The notes beneath the pieces were generated by a model. That model made no database searches, was not told the origin of the DNA, and saw only the letters and a list, made by a program, of their open reading frames with translations. Source: Mustelus asterias (Eukaryota). From it: a DNA stretch of 64,000 bases. The stretch is taken from NCBI RefSeq assembly GCF_964213995.1, contig NW_027590120.1, positions 1,364,001 through 1,428,000 of the forward strand. The letters are read 5' to 3'. Shown here piece after piece: positions 48,500-61,417 of this stretch (position 1 is its first letter; every line of letters starts with the position of its first letter). Position numbers and translations under genes: made by a program.

Positions 48500-49245
48500 A
48501 CATACTGAATGAGAAGTTCCTCCTGAATAAACTCGAAATGGATACAGGGATAGAAGGCAACATCGCCACATTTGCAGATGACGCAAAAATAGGCGGGACA
48601 GTAAGTTGCAAGGAGGAAATAAGAAACTTACTAATGAAAATAGGTACGTTAGGAGAGTGGGCGAAAATGTGGCAGATGGAGTTTAAGGTGAATAAGTGTG
48701 AGATCATGCATTTTGGGCGTAAAAATGGGAAGACGACTTACTATCTAAATGGGGAGAGATTTTGGGGTACTCCGGTGCAGAGGAATCTGGGTGTCTTCGT
48801 TCATGAGTCACAGGAATCTGCCATGCAGACAGCAGATAAATAAAGCGAAAGGAATGTTGACAGTTATAGCTAAAGGAATAGAATATAAAGACAAGGAAGT
48901 ATTGCTGCAACTATACAAGGTATTTGTGAGGCCGCACCTGAAGTATTGTACGCAGTTTTGTTCTGCTTATTTGAGGAAAGATGTCGTGGCATTGGAGGCA
49001 TTTCAGAGGAGGTTCGCAAGATTGATTCCAGAGATGAAGTGTTTGTCGTATGAAGAGGGATTGAACAGTTTAGGTCTATACTCTCTGGAATTGAGAAGAA
49101 TGAGAGGAGATCAAATTGAGGTGTACAAGATGATAAAAGGCATGGATAGAGTAGATGTGGAGCGAATGCTTCGGCTGGTGGGGCATTCTAAGACGAGATG
49201 TCATGGACTTAGGATGAGGGGGAGCAAATTTAAACAGAGTTGAAG
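48500..49245 (+). mobile_element. Degraded CR1 fragment
   Basis: FADDAKIGG...WAKMWQMEF...LYKVFVRPHLKYC. Confidence 0.85.
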
Positions 49246-49264
49246 AGAAGAGTTAAAAATTTAA

Positions 49265-49490
49265 ACATGGTTGCTTGGATTCAGAGCGCTCACCATTGGA
49301 CCAGAGAACCTCGAACATTGCAGGTGACTGCAAATGGTCGCTCAAAGCATTTGACCCACCTGCTGTTGCTGCCACATTGAATGAAAGGGATCACGTGCTT
49401 TGAGTGACCATTTGCATCTGGCTTCTTTTGTAATGGCCAGCACCCTGGACTCTGAATCCAGCGGTTCAAGTTTAGATCTCGGTGGAATCT
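49265..49490. pseudogene. Divergent pair of tRNA-Gln pseudogenes (inverted copy of 37413-37672)
   Basis: 49420-49490 reads ...CTGGACTCTGAATCCAGCGGTTCAAGTTTAGATCTCGGTGGAATCT. The spacer is the reverse complement of 37485-37610. Confidence 0.72.
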
Positions 49491-52400
49491 TGTTTCGCTT
49501 TGCTAAAGCCGCTGATTGTTTTTGCTGAAGGGCATTTTAATCAAAATCCTCAGAAAGTGGTTCACTGAGAAAATTTCACCAAACTCCACCAAAATCACAC
49601 TGCAGACGGTACAGCGAATGACTCTCCTGGCGTCATTGCATCAGCCCCAGAGGACGATTGCTCAGAATACCAAGAGTTCTGTGGCAGAAACATAAAAAGC
49701 CTTGCAATACAGAAGGTTCGGCTCATGGAGCCTGCACCAACAACAGTCCCACGCAGGCCCCATCCCCGTAACTCCACATATTTGCCCTGTTTGTTCCGTG
49801 CCACTACTGGCAATGCAACATGGTCAATCACCCTAACCCGCACATCTTTGCATTGTGCGCTGGATGCTCGGTTTCTTTCCACACACGCAGACACGGAGGG
49901 AATGTGTGAACTCCACATAGACAGTGACCAGAAATGAATTCTGGACCAATGCACTGTGAGCCAGCAGTGCTAATTAATGTGCCACCGTGCCAGAAAAGCC
50001 ACAGGGGGCAGGGAGTTCCCCATACCGGTGTCATCCACTGAGTTATCTTTCACAATTTAAACCAAGTATTAGGACGATGAGAATAGTGGTTCCTGCGGAT
50101 TGAAGGAACGCATTGGTTAGGTTTTTGGAGTCGCCTTTTCTTTGTTTTCTGACACTTTGCTTTCGGCCCACGTCCAACCCTTGATAGCCTCTGTGATGCA
50201 TTGCCATTATATTTTGGCTTGTTGTCTTCTTGTCTCCGAGGCCTTTTCCTTTTTTTATATAAATATGATTACTCTTGTTAGTTTTTTCGTTTGCGGGTTA
50301 TGTTGTGGTTTGAAGGATCGCTTGTTGTCTTCCCATGTCTTGACACTTTCGCCTCCTGTGTGTGTCTGCAAGGGTAGGCGGGGTGAACGGGCTCCCGCAC
50401 CTGTTGGGAGGGAGTGACCTATTATTTGTGAGCATTTTATGTTGTGGTGTGCAGGATGTTGTTGTGTGGATTCGGGTAGTGTGTGTCGGGTTGGTTTGGA
50501 GGCATTGTTTGGCGGAGCGAGGGAGTCTCGGGACATCCTCGTTTATTTGGATGGTTTATGGGTTTGGCATGAGGCAAGAACTTTTGGCAGTTATTTATTT
50601 CTTAATTAGTGTCCCTATAGGCTTACATTAACGATGCAATTAAGTTACTGTGAAAGGGTACACTGAGGGAGAATTTATCACGGACAATCCAAATAAAATA
50701 CATATCTTTGGAGTGTGGGAGGAAACCGCAGCACCTGGAAGAAACCCACGCAGACACGGGGAGAACGTGCGAACACCGCACAGTGGTCCAAAAGTCAAGA
50801 ATTTAGCCCGTCCTTAAGCGCTGCGAGGCAGCAGTGCCTACCGCTGTGTCACTGTCCCGGCCCATAAATTAATGATTTCGCATGTATTTTATTATTTTAA
50901 AGTGATCCAGTGGGTTAGTTGTTGCCCTTCTTAGGAGAGTACCTTTTGTCAATGATAGTGTGTTACTCGGTGTCCAGGGTTCTTTCCATTATTCAAGGTG
51001 ATTCAGGGAATATAGACATCCGCATGTTTAAGGGAGTGCCCTTTTCTTAGTTGGACGAGTCATCCTGTGTTCACGTTTCTCCTATTGTTTCCGGTGATCG
51101 AATACTTAATGAGTTGCATTTTCCCTAAACCTGCCCGTGGATTGTACAGAGTCGCCATGTGGCCAGTGTGTCCTCCATTTTATATCTTGCTTGAAAAAAT
51201 ACAGATTTATATTTTGGTTTAGTGTTTACATTTCTCCAAGTGGATTATTTCGACCCCTCTAATAGGTCCCTATGTGTTTTGGATTACCCCCATTGATTAA
51301 GGTGAACCTATATCAATCCTCGACAGTGTCCAGGACACCGTCCAAGAGTCCTTAATTTTGTGTGGATGTAGAAGATTCACTCACCCTCGGGCTGCAGGGA
51401 TCGAGACCAGATTAAGCTGAAGTTCATTGAGCTCCCGTTCGTCCCACTTCCAAGGCTGGCTGTGAATAGCGTCTGGCCATTCTTACCTTTCCTCTCCAGT
51501 CCCAACGACTTATTTAGCTTTCATCCCGACCGGTTTCGCTGCTTCCTTACGCTTCATCAAGAGAAGGGAGAGTTGTTCCCACTGTCCTGTCCTTTGTGTG
51601 CTTTTCGTTGCCATTTTCGGATGTTGTTTCGTCCAACTGTTTTCGGGTGAGTGAGTGTTCTGTGTTCAGCCCGTGTTCCTTGCTACCTCTGCGGGTAAAG
51701 GAAGTTTCCCCTCTCTACATGTCCCGCATATGGGCTTAAATTTCGCCCCTTCTTGTCCTCGAGTGACAGGAAGTTGTTGCAACTCATTGGTTCTTTGTGG
51801 GTTTGGAATTCGCCCCCTTCCAATCATTGACTGAGAGGGAAACGGCGTGCTGTGTTCTCAGTTTTGTGTTCCCTCAATCTATGGTTCTGGGGGTACGGCG
51901 GGGTAAGAATTTTTTTAGCTTGGGTGGGCGGGTGTTTGGTTTTTTGGATCTGCTTTCGAATCTCTGTTGTCCAGTTTATGTCCTGTGTGGTAACCCCTTT
52001 TAATCTTTTGATCCCTGGGTCAGTCTTTGCGTTCCATTCCTGCTGTTTGTGGGGGAGGGAGACTCCTTTTTTCCCCTGTGATATTTTGTGCCGGTGGTGG
52101 GCTCTTTGTCTCTTTTTGGAGGTTTTGACAGTGTCTGGCAGTGGATAAGTCTTCAGGTGTCGCTGCCTTTCGTCCTTGTATATGTTCTGGTCAGGAGCGA
52201 GGGGGGTAAGGGAGAGAAGCTTCTTCGCGTTTTTTCTTCCTGATTCGTGAGGGGGGAAGTGGAAGGGTCGAGGTAGACAAGGAAGAGGGTTAGTGGGACG
52301 TCTTCGGTAGTGGTGTTGGGCTTGGATAGAGGGGTGTTATTTATAGGGCGGGGGTCTTTTTGCTGTTTTTGGGTACGTGTAGTGTTATGGGGGGGGGGCG

Positions 52401-52614
52401 GTGCGTGGCGGGTGCTTCGGATCATCTGGGTCGTGTTGGGTTCTGGGGGATGCAATGAATCTTTTTGTCTGTAGGTTAGGGAGAGATTAGTATCTGTCTA
52501 CGAGGCTGTTTGCTTCTTAAGTGGTGGGATATTTTCTTTGTTTTGTTCTGGATTCTTTCCTTTCCCCTTTTTTAAGGCCCCATATTCTTGTTTTTTTACT
52601 GGCTCTATTTTACC

Positions 52615-52699
52615 GAGGGTTAGGGTTAATGTTAGGGTTAGGGTTAGTTTGGTAGATAGGGTTGGGGTTAGGTTTAATGATAAGGTTAGGGTTAGGTTT
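52615..52699 (+). repeat. Degenerate interstitial telomeric repeat (TTAGGG)n, about 14 units
   Basis: GGGTTAGGGTTAATGTTAGGGTTAGGGTTAGTTTGGTAGATAGGGTTGGGGTTAGGTTTAATGATAAGGTTAGGGTTAGGTT, with 6-nt periodicity. Confidence 0.85.
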
Positions 52700-52944
52700 A
52701 AAATTTGCACACTCCACGCAGACAGTGACCCAAGACCGAAATTGGACTCGAGTCCCTGGCGCTATGCGGCAATAATGCTAACCACTGCGCCACCTTGCCG
52801 TTGTTGCAATAATCTGTTTGTTCTCTTAAATTTACTTAATGCGAAAGATCAAGAAATCTAATTATATCCCTAGAGCCTGACATCTGGTATAAATATGACA
52901 ATTTTTCAATGTCGTGCAGACCGCGATCAGCGCTTCTGAAAGAA

Positions 52945-54936
52945 ATGCACGGAATACCAAGAGGTCTAGTGTTTGCCATTTATTATCCAGTCATAGCAGC
53001 TATCGGAGTTTCAGGTAAAATATAACAGTTATTTAGTAGCTGCCATAAAATATTGTTTGGTTGCATCAATTCTCCCAATTTATCACCACCTTATCTCTGC
53101 AGCACCAAGGTCCTCCTTTGATTGAAAGGGATATATATTTCCCCGTCCAAGTTCTGTTGTCTTTAACATATTCCTCGAAAGTGTCCCGTTCCTACCTCAG
53201 CAGACAATTCCTTATTTGGCATTATAATTCATTCAATTCCCTGACATAATTTTTCGATGTTCATTCCATAAATTCGACAAACTTAACGGTATAATTTCAC
53301 GTCTTTACCACCGTAGTTTCTTCACGTTAAATACAGGATTTCACCGTGTTAACCTTATACAACCGTGCTGTGAGATGTACCATTTCATCAGTTGGTAACA
53401 TAGCCTGGCCCATTCACCAGTAACATCTGACAGTGGAAGTTTTATTCTGTTATTCATTCTGATTGATTTACCGTTCTGTTATAATCGTTAAAACAATTAA
53501 ATTTTGTTATTTATAAAGCTGTGTGTTATTATGATAGTTGTGTTGGCGTTGACAATATTCCTCTGGGCGAATTCTCAAAGTGAGCAGCAGAGGGGCACTG
53601 TGGTTGGCACTGCTGCCTCACAGCACAAGGAACAGGGGCTCAATTCCAAATTTGGGTTGTTGTCTGAGGGGAGTTTGCACATTCTTCGTCTGTGTGCGTG
53701 GGTTTCCTCCAGGTGCTCGAGTTACATCCCAGAATCCAAAACTGTGCAAGTTATGTAGATTTGCTGTGTAAAGAAGCACCTTAATGCCCAGGGGTGTGTA
53801 GGTTAGTTGGATTAGCAATGGTAAATGCGCGGGATTACAGGGCAGAGTGGAGAAAAGGGCTTGGGTGGGATGTTCTGACCGAAGTACGTAAAGCCTCCAT
53901 TGGTGGATGGCCTCTTACTGAACTGTCGGGATTCTAATCCATGGTTTTATGTGATCACAGCACAAATTGAGTCCTTGTGTGTTATTTGAACAGTTGATTA
54001 TACTGATTTATTAAACTGCTGTCACAGTAATAACATGAATCTATTGTGCTGCTGAAGTTGAAATTAGAGAAACAATCCCACAGATGTATGAGTTGAAAAC
54101 ACTGAACCATCGAAGAACACCAAAACTAATGTACTGAATGCATCCAAGAGATTTATTAGGCACGGACATGTAGAGACCTTATATAATGCGAACAGTTATC
54201 ATTTGATGAATGTTTGTTATTTATCCCCAACTCACAACAACCTGTGCCTGCTTTCAGTGCCAAACACTCATTGGCTCATTCCAGGAATCCTATTTCACAT
54301 TTACTGCTGCTGACTGCTGGATTCCATTCTGTCCCAGAACCCAGCATAGTTTCAAATTGTTCTGTTCTCTGTAATAAATCAACCAACATAACTGGTCAAA
54401 TCTCTCGTATTTAGAGTATTGTTTTACATATCACCGGATATTTCAGATGATTATCAGGGATCCAATTTAGTCTTGGCACTGCTTCCTAAGTCTCCTGCAA
54501 GTTCAGACAACTATTAATAATTGTCCTTTTATTGACCTTTGTTGAGGATTTATTCGAGAAAATTCACTGCAAACGTTTCCAAAAGTAAATAACTTTGCTG
54601 TCATTCATGAAGCCATATTTAATACCCATTGAAATATAATCCGTGATCTTATTAACTTATTATTATTTATTATTTGTTATTTATTATGTCTTATTATCAT
54701 TTATCATTGGCTATTTTCCAATTTACCTTTTCTGTAATTTTTTAAATTACATATCTATATGTCATTGTATTGTGCATTTAATTATTCAGTGCTGATTTTG
54801 ATGTGCTTTGCATTTGGCATTGTTCCTCTGTCAGTTCTCAATAAAAATACAGTCACTTTCGTTAACATTCCTCCTTATTAAATAAAAATATTATTTTCAA
54901 GCAGAAACAATTCTCCCTGAGATCAGGTATAAATTT

Positions 54937-54992
<56 letters not shown>

Positions 54993-56017
54993 ACAGAATG
55001 CAATACCATGCATTGTTTTGTTGCGATGAACTTTTCACTTTTCATTCTTTCTCATGCACAAATTCTCACAATCTCTTTCCCTCTATTACAGCTAACACCG
55101 CAGTCATTATGATCCTCGCGAGAAGAAGTTGTGGTCTCTCCAGATGTATCACGTATTACCTGGTGTCTATGGCGGTGGCGGATCTCCTGCTCATAATATC
55201 TGCTGTAATATTAAACCGGATTGCTGGAATGTTTTTTCCATCCAGCTTCTTGTCTGTAACACCAGTTTGCAGCTTCCGTACAGCCCTAAATTCTGCCGCC
55301 ATGGACAGCTCTGTCTGGTTAACCGTCGCTTTCACATTTGATAGATTTGTGGCTATTTGTTGCCAGAAGCTCAAAGTTAAATATTGTAAGGAAAATGTGG
55401 CGACGTGGGTCATTGGAATCGTGTCTACACTGACCTGTGTAAAAAATATCTTTCTGTATTTTATTTATGAGCCCATGTACATAATTGACAATGTACCCTG
55501 GCTCTGCAACATAAAGTTAATATTTTACACATCCCCTTTCTGGGCTGCTTATGACTGGATGCGTTGCATTGTAACTCCTATCCTTCCATTCATTTTGATT
55601 TTGCTGCTGAATGCTCTTACAGTAAGACACATTCTAGCGGCCAATCGAGCCCGCAGGAGACTCCGGACCCAGGGCAATGGAAAGAATCAGAGTGACCCAG
55701 AGGTGGACAAGCGGAAAAAGTCAATTGTTTTACTCTTCACCATTTCGGGAAATTTCATCCTGTTATACCTGTTATTTTGTATAACGATCATCTATGTCCG
55801 AATTGTGAAAGTAACTTATTTCTCAGGTTCTGGTTTCAGTGATACATTTAATCTTGAGGAAACTGGATTTATGCTTCTGTTTTTGTGTTCCTGCATTAAC
55901 CCATTGATTTATGCTGGGACTCAGAGTAAAATCAGAGCCGAGTTAAAGAATTTGGTGAAATATCCAGTAAAACAATTTGTTATTTTTAAAAATAATTTTG
56001 TGCATAGGATGAACTAA
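52945..56017 (+). CDS. Class A orphan GPCR, GPR139/GPR142-like; two exons, 331 aa
   Basis: TATAAATA at 52888-52895. Exon 1 52945-53014 (MHGIPRGLVFAIYYPVIAAIGVS-, GTAAAA donor) splices in phase to exon 2 55092-56017 (TTACAG acceptor). Seven hydrophobic segments, with motifs YLVSMAVADLL, WLTVAFTFDRFVAIC and CINPLIY. No stops. Confidence 0.88.
54940..54989. repeat. (TA)n microsatellite in the GPCR intron
   Basis: About 25 AT units, directly visible. Confidence 0.95.
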
Positions 56018-56054
56018 TATGAATGTAATTTATTCTCAGTCAGTGAAATGTTCC

Positions 56055-56582
56055 TTTCCGTCCGTTCATTCCTCCGTCCGTCATTCTCTCTCTCCCCATC
56101 CATCCATCCGTCCATCCGTCCATCTGTTTGNNNNNNNNNNNNNNNNNNNNNNNNNNNNNNNNNNNNNNNNNNNNNNNNNNNNNNNNNNNNNNNNNNNNNN
56201 NNNNNNNNNNNNNNNNNNNNNNNNNNNNNNNNNNNNNNNNNNNNNNNNNNNNNNNNNNNNNNNNNNNNNNNNNNNNNNNNNNNNNNNNNNNNNNNNNNTC
56301 CGTCCGTCCATCNNNNNNNNNNNNNNNNNNNNNNNNNNNNNNNNNNNNNNNNNNNNNNNNNNNNNNNNNNNNNNNNNNNNNNNNNNNNNNNNNNNNNNNN
56401 NNNNNNNNNNNNNNNNNNNNNNNNNNNNNNNNNNNNNNNNNNNNNNNNNNNNNNNNNNNNNNNNNNNNNNNNNNNNNNNNNNNNNNNNNNNNNNNNNNNN
56501 NNNNNNNNNNNNNNNNNATCCGTCCATCCATCCCTCTAACCATCTATCTATTCATCTCTCTCTCTCTTCTCTCTCTCTCTCT
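56055..56582. repeat. (TCCA/TCCG)n tetranucleotide tract with two N blocks
   Basis: CCATCCATCCGTCC flanks. N runs at 56131-56298 and 56313-56517. Confidence 0.85.
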
Positions 56583-56729
56583 ACTTCTGTATCCATCTAT
56601 TTGTCTCGCACATTTCACCACATTCGAGTGAGAGTGTACAACCTTTTAAGAGGAGAGATAGCCTTTAAAAGCAATGCAGTGTTTTGGGAGTGGTGTGGCA
56701 TGCTTCTGTATGTGGAACATTTCTGGTGA

Positions 56730-56970
56730 ATTAAGACTTCCTGTTCTGTGCCTGCGAGGGAAGTATCATTTTGGACAGAGTGTACTGCAGTGAAGGATGT
56801 TTTACACACCTTCATCCAATTTAGGAGTAGGTTCTTGTAGATTTGTGCTGATGATCCACTGGAGGGTTCAGACCGGGAGAGGGTTATTCAAGTGCCCTAT
56901 GTGCCGGAAGGAATTCACTAAGTTCTCCATCTTTCTCAGCAACCATGGTGTTCACACAAACGAGAGGATA
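56730..56970 (+). pseudogene. Highly degraded C2H2 zinc-finger remnant
   Basis: LMIHWRVQTGRGLFKCPMCRKEFTKFSIFLSNHGVHTNER retains finger spacing and linkers. Confidence 0.6.
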
Positions 56971-57469
56971 GCTACCCTTTCGTTTGTCCCCATTTTAATC
57001 GGAAAAAATACCTCTTTTCACATTGGTGTTTAGTACTTGATGGGCACCATGTTCCCAAGTATGCACTGCACACAATAAAGAGGATAAATCCAACGCTGCC
57101 AATTATGGGCCCATTTGTCTACCCTCAAACACCATTGCAGTGATGGAAGTTCTCTTCAACAGTGCTATCAAAGTGTAATTGCTTAGCAATAACCAGCTCA
57201 GTGTTTGCCAGTTTGGATTCATCCAGGTTCACTCAGCTTGTTATCCCCTTGGTTCAAAGATGGACAATAAAGCTGAAATTCAGAGTTGAGGTGAAAGTGT
57301 CTTCATAACCAGGCAGCATTTGTGGAATCAAGAAGCGCTCTCAAAATTGGAGTCAATGGGAATCAGGGGAAAACTCGTTTGGGCACTTAGCACAAAGTAC
57401 GATGATTGTTGTGTTTGAAGGTCAATCTTCCCAATTCGAGGAGATCACAGTATGAGTTGATTGTCACGA

Positions 57470-60110
57470 GAGAAGGAGAGTATTCGGCCCATCGTGTTTG
57501 CACCGGCTCCCCAAACCAGTTCACAACTTATTGCCATTCTCCTGCCTTTTCTCCGCACCACTGACACTGTTTCAAATAATCATGCAATGGCATCTTGAAT
57601 GCTTCGATTGAAACTGCCTCCATCACACTTTCAGGCCCTGCATTCCAGACCAAAAACATTAATGTGTGTGAAAAATAACTCACCTCTGATTTCCTTATTT
57701 TGCAAATCATTTTAGTCTGTGCCCTCTCGTTCTTGATAGTTTTACGCATGGGACGATATCTCCTTGTGTACTCTTCCCAGGCCCCTCATGATTTTGTTCA
57801 TCTCCGTCAACTACTAAAGTACTAATTTAAACAAAAAATTCTTAAAGTCCTCAGGACTTTCGTTTTTTACCTATCAGTATCATTTCATGTCCCCTTTACT
57901 CTCTTCATTTAAGTTTGGTCTTGCACATTCTATACGCCTTCAGGCCTTGTATTGTTTTGTGCCCCCGATGTCTACCACACGCCTCCCTTTTACTCGTAAT
58001 TCAGTGTGGTGTATTCCTCCATATGCAGGATTCACTCGATTAAAATTTCCTATCGCTTTACTCTTTTGGAACATGTTAATCCTGCAACCTTCCTGTTTCG
58101 ATTATGAACACTGTTCTGCCACAGATTTACATAAAAATGTCTGCTCCGAGTATATTTTAATTAAAATCAGAATAGACTCGGAGCCTGATCTGATCTGATT
58201 AAAATCACTTTGATTTCCGGCCAATACCTGTCCTTTCCCACAACAATCTTGAATCTATCTGAGTTATCATCGCTGTCTGCCCCCCACGAATATTGCAATC
58301 GCATGCCTGGGGTCCTTACCTGAAACTAATTACAGGAACTTCTATGCTCAGGTTTAATGCTTCCACGGGAAGTATTTTGAGGAGAGTTCTGCTCCCTCTA
58401 AACCATGAACACCATAACTCCCTCCGTTAACGTTTTGAAAGCTGAAATTCCCCCACTATTCCTGCCCTATTTATTTTACTCTTCTCAGACATTTGTCTAC
58501 AAATCTGCGCTTGTACTTTCCTCAGACTGACAGAATTATAGACTCCCTACAGTGCAGAAGGAAGTCATCAGTCCATCAAGTCTGCACTGACTCTCGGAAG
58601 GGGCTTGCCACCCAAACCCTCCCCTGCAACTGATCCCCATAACATGACACATTTATCCTGCGTAATCCAGCTAAACTATGCATCTTTGCACACGAAGGGA
58701 CAACGTAGCATGATCAATCTGCACAACATTGGACTGTGCGAGGAAACTGCAACATCGGGAGCAAGCCAATGCAAACACAGGAGGAAGTGAAATCTCCACC
58801 CAGACTGTCACCCAATTTAACCTGGTTCCCTGGCGCTGTCAGGCAGCAATGCTGATCACTGGGCCATCGTACCATCCTCGAAAATGGCTTCGTCAGCCTT
58901 TTAATATGTCATATATCCTTACTGCTGGAAACGATTCCCTGACACCCCTCCACTTTAACCATCTTCCCTGTCCCACCTGAGCATGATATTTCCTCAAATG
59001 TTGATCTTCCTATCCTACCCCTCTCTGAATCATGTCGCAGTGACATCAATGACAGTACACCCCCATGTTTAATTTCTGTTTCAACTCATCTGCTTTGTTC
59101 TTGTACGTCAGAGTCCATGTATTGAACTAAATACAATCCAGTCTTGCCAAATTCCCTTCTGCCTTAACGGGCCTAGAAATTCTATATCTTCCTCACTGAC
59201 CCGTTTCGTCTTCTAATTTAGGCATTGCAAGACCTCCTGCAAAACCTTCTCTCGCGATTCCACTTTCCTACTAGGTTACTTTACACTCTCCTCAACAGCA
59301 TGAGCCGGTGCATGAGCAAACCTCCCTGCAAAGACGTTGGTCCCATTTCATTTCAGCTCCTTCAGCCTTGCTCAGGATGCACCGTCCCCAGAGGTGGTCC
59401 CAATGTCACAGAGATCTAAAATCCTCCCTTCTGCACCAAGTCTGTAGCCATGGGTTGGACTGACCTGTTTATTTCTAAACTCACTAGCATGTGGCACCGT
59501 AATTAATCCAGAAATTGCTACCGTGTTTCTGCTTGCACGACCTCACCACGTTTTCCACTGTTATCACTGCTACCAGCATGTAACATGATACCTGTCTGTT
59601 TGCCCTCCAGTTTCAGAATGCTCTGCAGCCGTCTACCTCTGGCACCTGGGAGGAAACATACCATCCTGAAGTCTTTCTTGTGGTCCCAATTAAGCTTGTC
59701 TGCTACCCTTACAATTAAATTCCCTCTAGCTATAGCACTGCCCTACTACATCCCCTCCTCTGTTGTGGAGAAGACGCACCCTTGGTGCCTTGACGTTGGC
59801 TGCCACTGATTACCCCAACAAGCCATTTTCCCAAACGTATCCAAAATGTTGTGTCTGTTAGAAAGGGGGCTAGCTTTAGGGGACTTCTGCGTTCCTTGCT
59901 TTCCTTTAGTCTGCCTGGTGGGCACACATGTCTTTCCTGTGTGTTCAATCTTAAACTGCGCTGTGACCACTTCACTGAACGTGTTATCCATGACTTGCTT
60001 AGCGTCACGGATACTCCACAGTGAATGCACCCTCAGCTCCAGCTTCGAAATCTGGTTCGACAATAGATGCATTTAGACGCCCTTCCTGCCAAAACAATTG
60101 TGGACAGTTT
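57470..60110 (-). mobile_element. Old fragmented CR1 (3' end, endonuclease region and ORF1) with a nested SINE at 58535-58875
   Basis: LVWNAGPESVMEAVSIEAFK (ORF2 end). QISKLELRVHSLWSIRDA...SPLSNRHNILDT resembles CR1 ORF1. Confidence 0.7.
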
Positions 60111-61417
60111 GTACTGTAGTCAAGACAAAAAATTCTGAAAGGGATTGGTGCAGAATCCTGCATTGGATTCCCTGTTAAAAGTGGAAGCTTTGATCGAAAC
60201 TGTAATTTGGAAAACCTTGTCTGGATATCGAAAAGCAAAGAGCTAAGGGAAGACATTAGGATGAGAAAAGATTTTAAAGCGGGTTTTTTGGGAGAGAAGC
60301 TTGAAAGCTCTCATGTGACAATCATTTGTGGGTATTCAGAGGAGAAAAACCCAAGCTTTAAATTGCTGCCAGAGCGGGGACTGTGCATTTTACAACAGTC
60401 GATCTCTGTAATTCAAAGAGACTCTGTGGTAGTGAGAACATTGTAGCTTCCGATGAACATTGTAATCCGTCTTACTCATGAAATCTCTGTGCATTTATAA
60501 ACTAAGAGGGGAATAAATTAACATTGTCCATCAATCCAACTTTTCACGTTTAATATAGTTTCCTTGTTAAAACTAATTCCTGGTACTGTGATACTGCTCC
60601 TCCACGTTTTATGGACAAAAAGAGTAAAACTTACGATATTTGAGCAATGGTTCCTTTCTGGGATCTGGCCATCCAGTTATGCCATCAGCTCGGATTATAA
60701 CAAACTGAGCAAAACACGCATTTTACCTTTCTTTCAGTTGCAAAAGATCGCACGTTTCAGCAACTTGTTGCTACCAACACTGCTCAAAAATCTTCACCTC
60801 CTTCCCTTCTCTGCGAGGAGAATCTTTTACTGGATTCTCATGCCTTTTCATCGACCGTTTTAAATTTCCCAACTCACCCCGACAGCTTTCTTTTGAAAAA
60901 CTGCCTCAGTTTCATTACTTTAGGACCCTGCCTCAGTGGCCATCGATCATAGCTGATTGAACTGAGGGGGAAGTGGAAAAAATGTAGCAAACTTGATGAA
61001 GTACAGCCCGCAATCTGCTTAGACCACAAGTTGCTTTAATATCCCGCCCAGGACACCGAACAGACCCAGAGTAGGATGGTAAAGGGAAAACAATGTTATT
61101 TTAATCCCCCAAGGCGTGCATTCTCTGTGAGAAAAGGTGTGTTTGAGACAGCAGTCCCAAATCGGCTGTAACCCAATGTAATAATGCCTTACTGAAAGAA
61201 TGATAACCCATCAACCCCTGCCCCCTCTCTCCACGCCTTCCCGTTGTGAGGAAATGACATTGCACCACCTTAGCATTAGCCACGGGCATCTAAACAAACA
61301 TGCTACGATCGTTATCGTCAGCTTCATCTCGGCTACATTAGGATATATGTCAATGAGCATTTTATTTTAAGGATAAATCAAGTTTTGGTAGCATTGTGTA
61401 ACTGCTACCAAATGCTA

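Noticed and set aside
56019-56729. Several long ORFs in the track
   Set aside because: They run through N blocks and microsatellite sequence, so they are artefacts.
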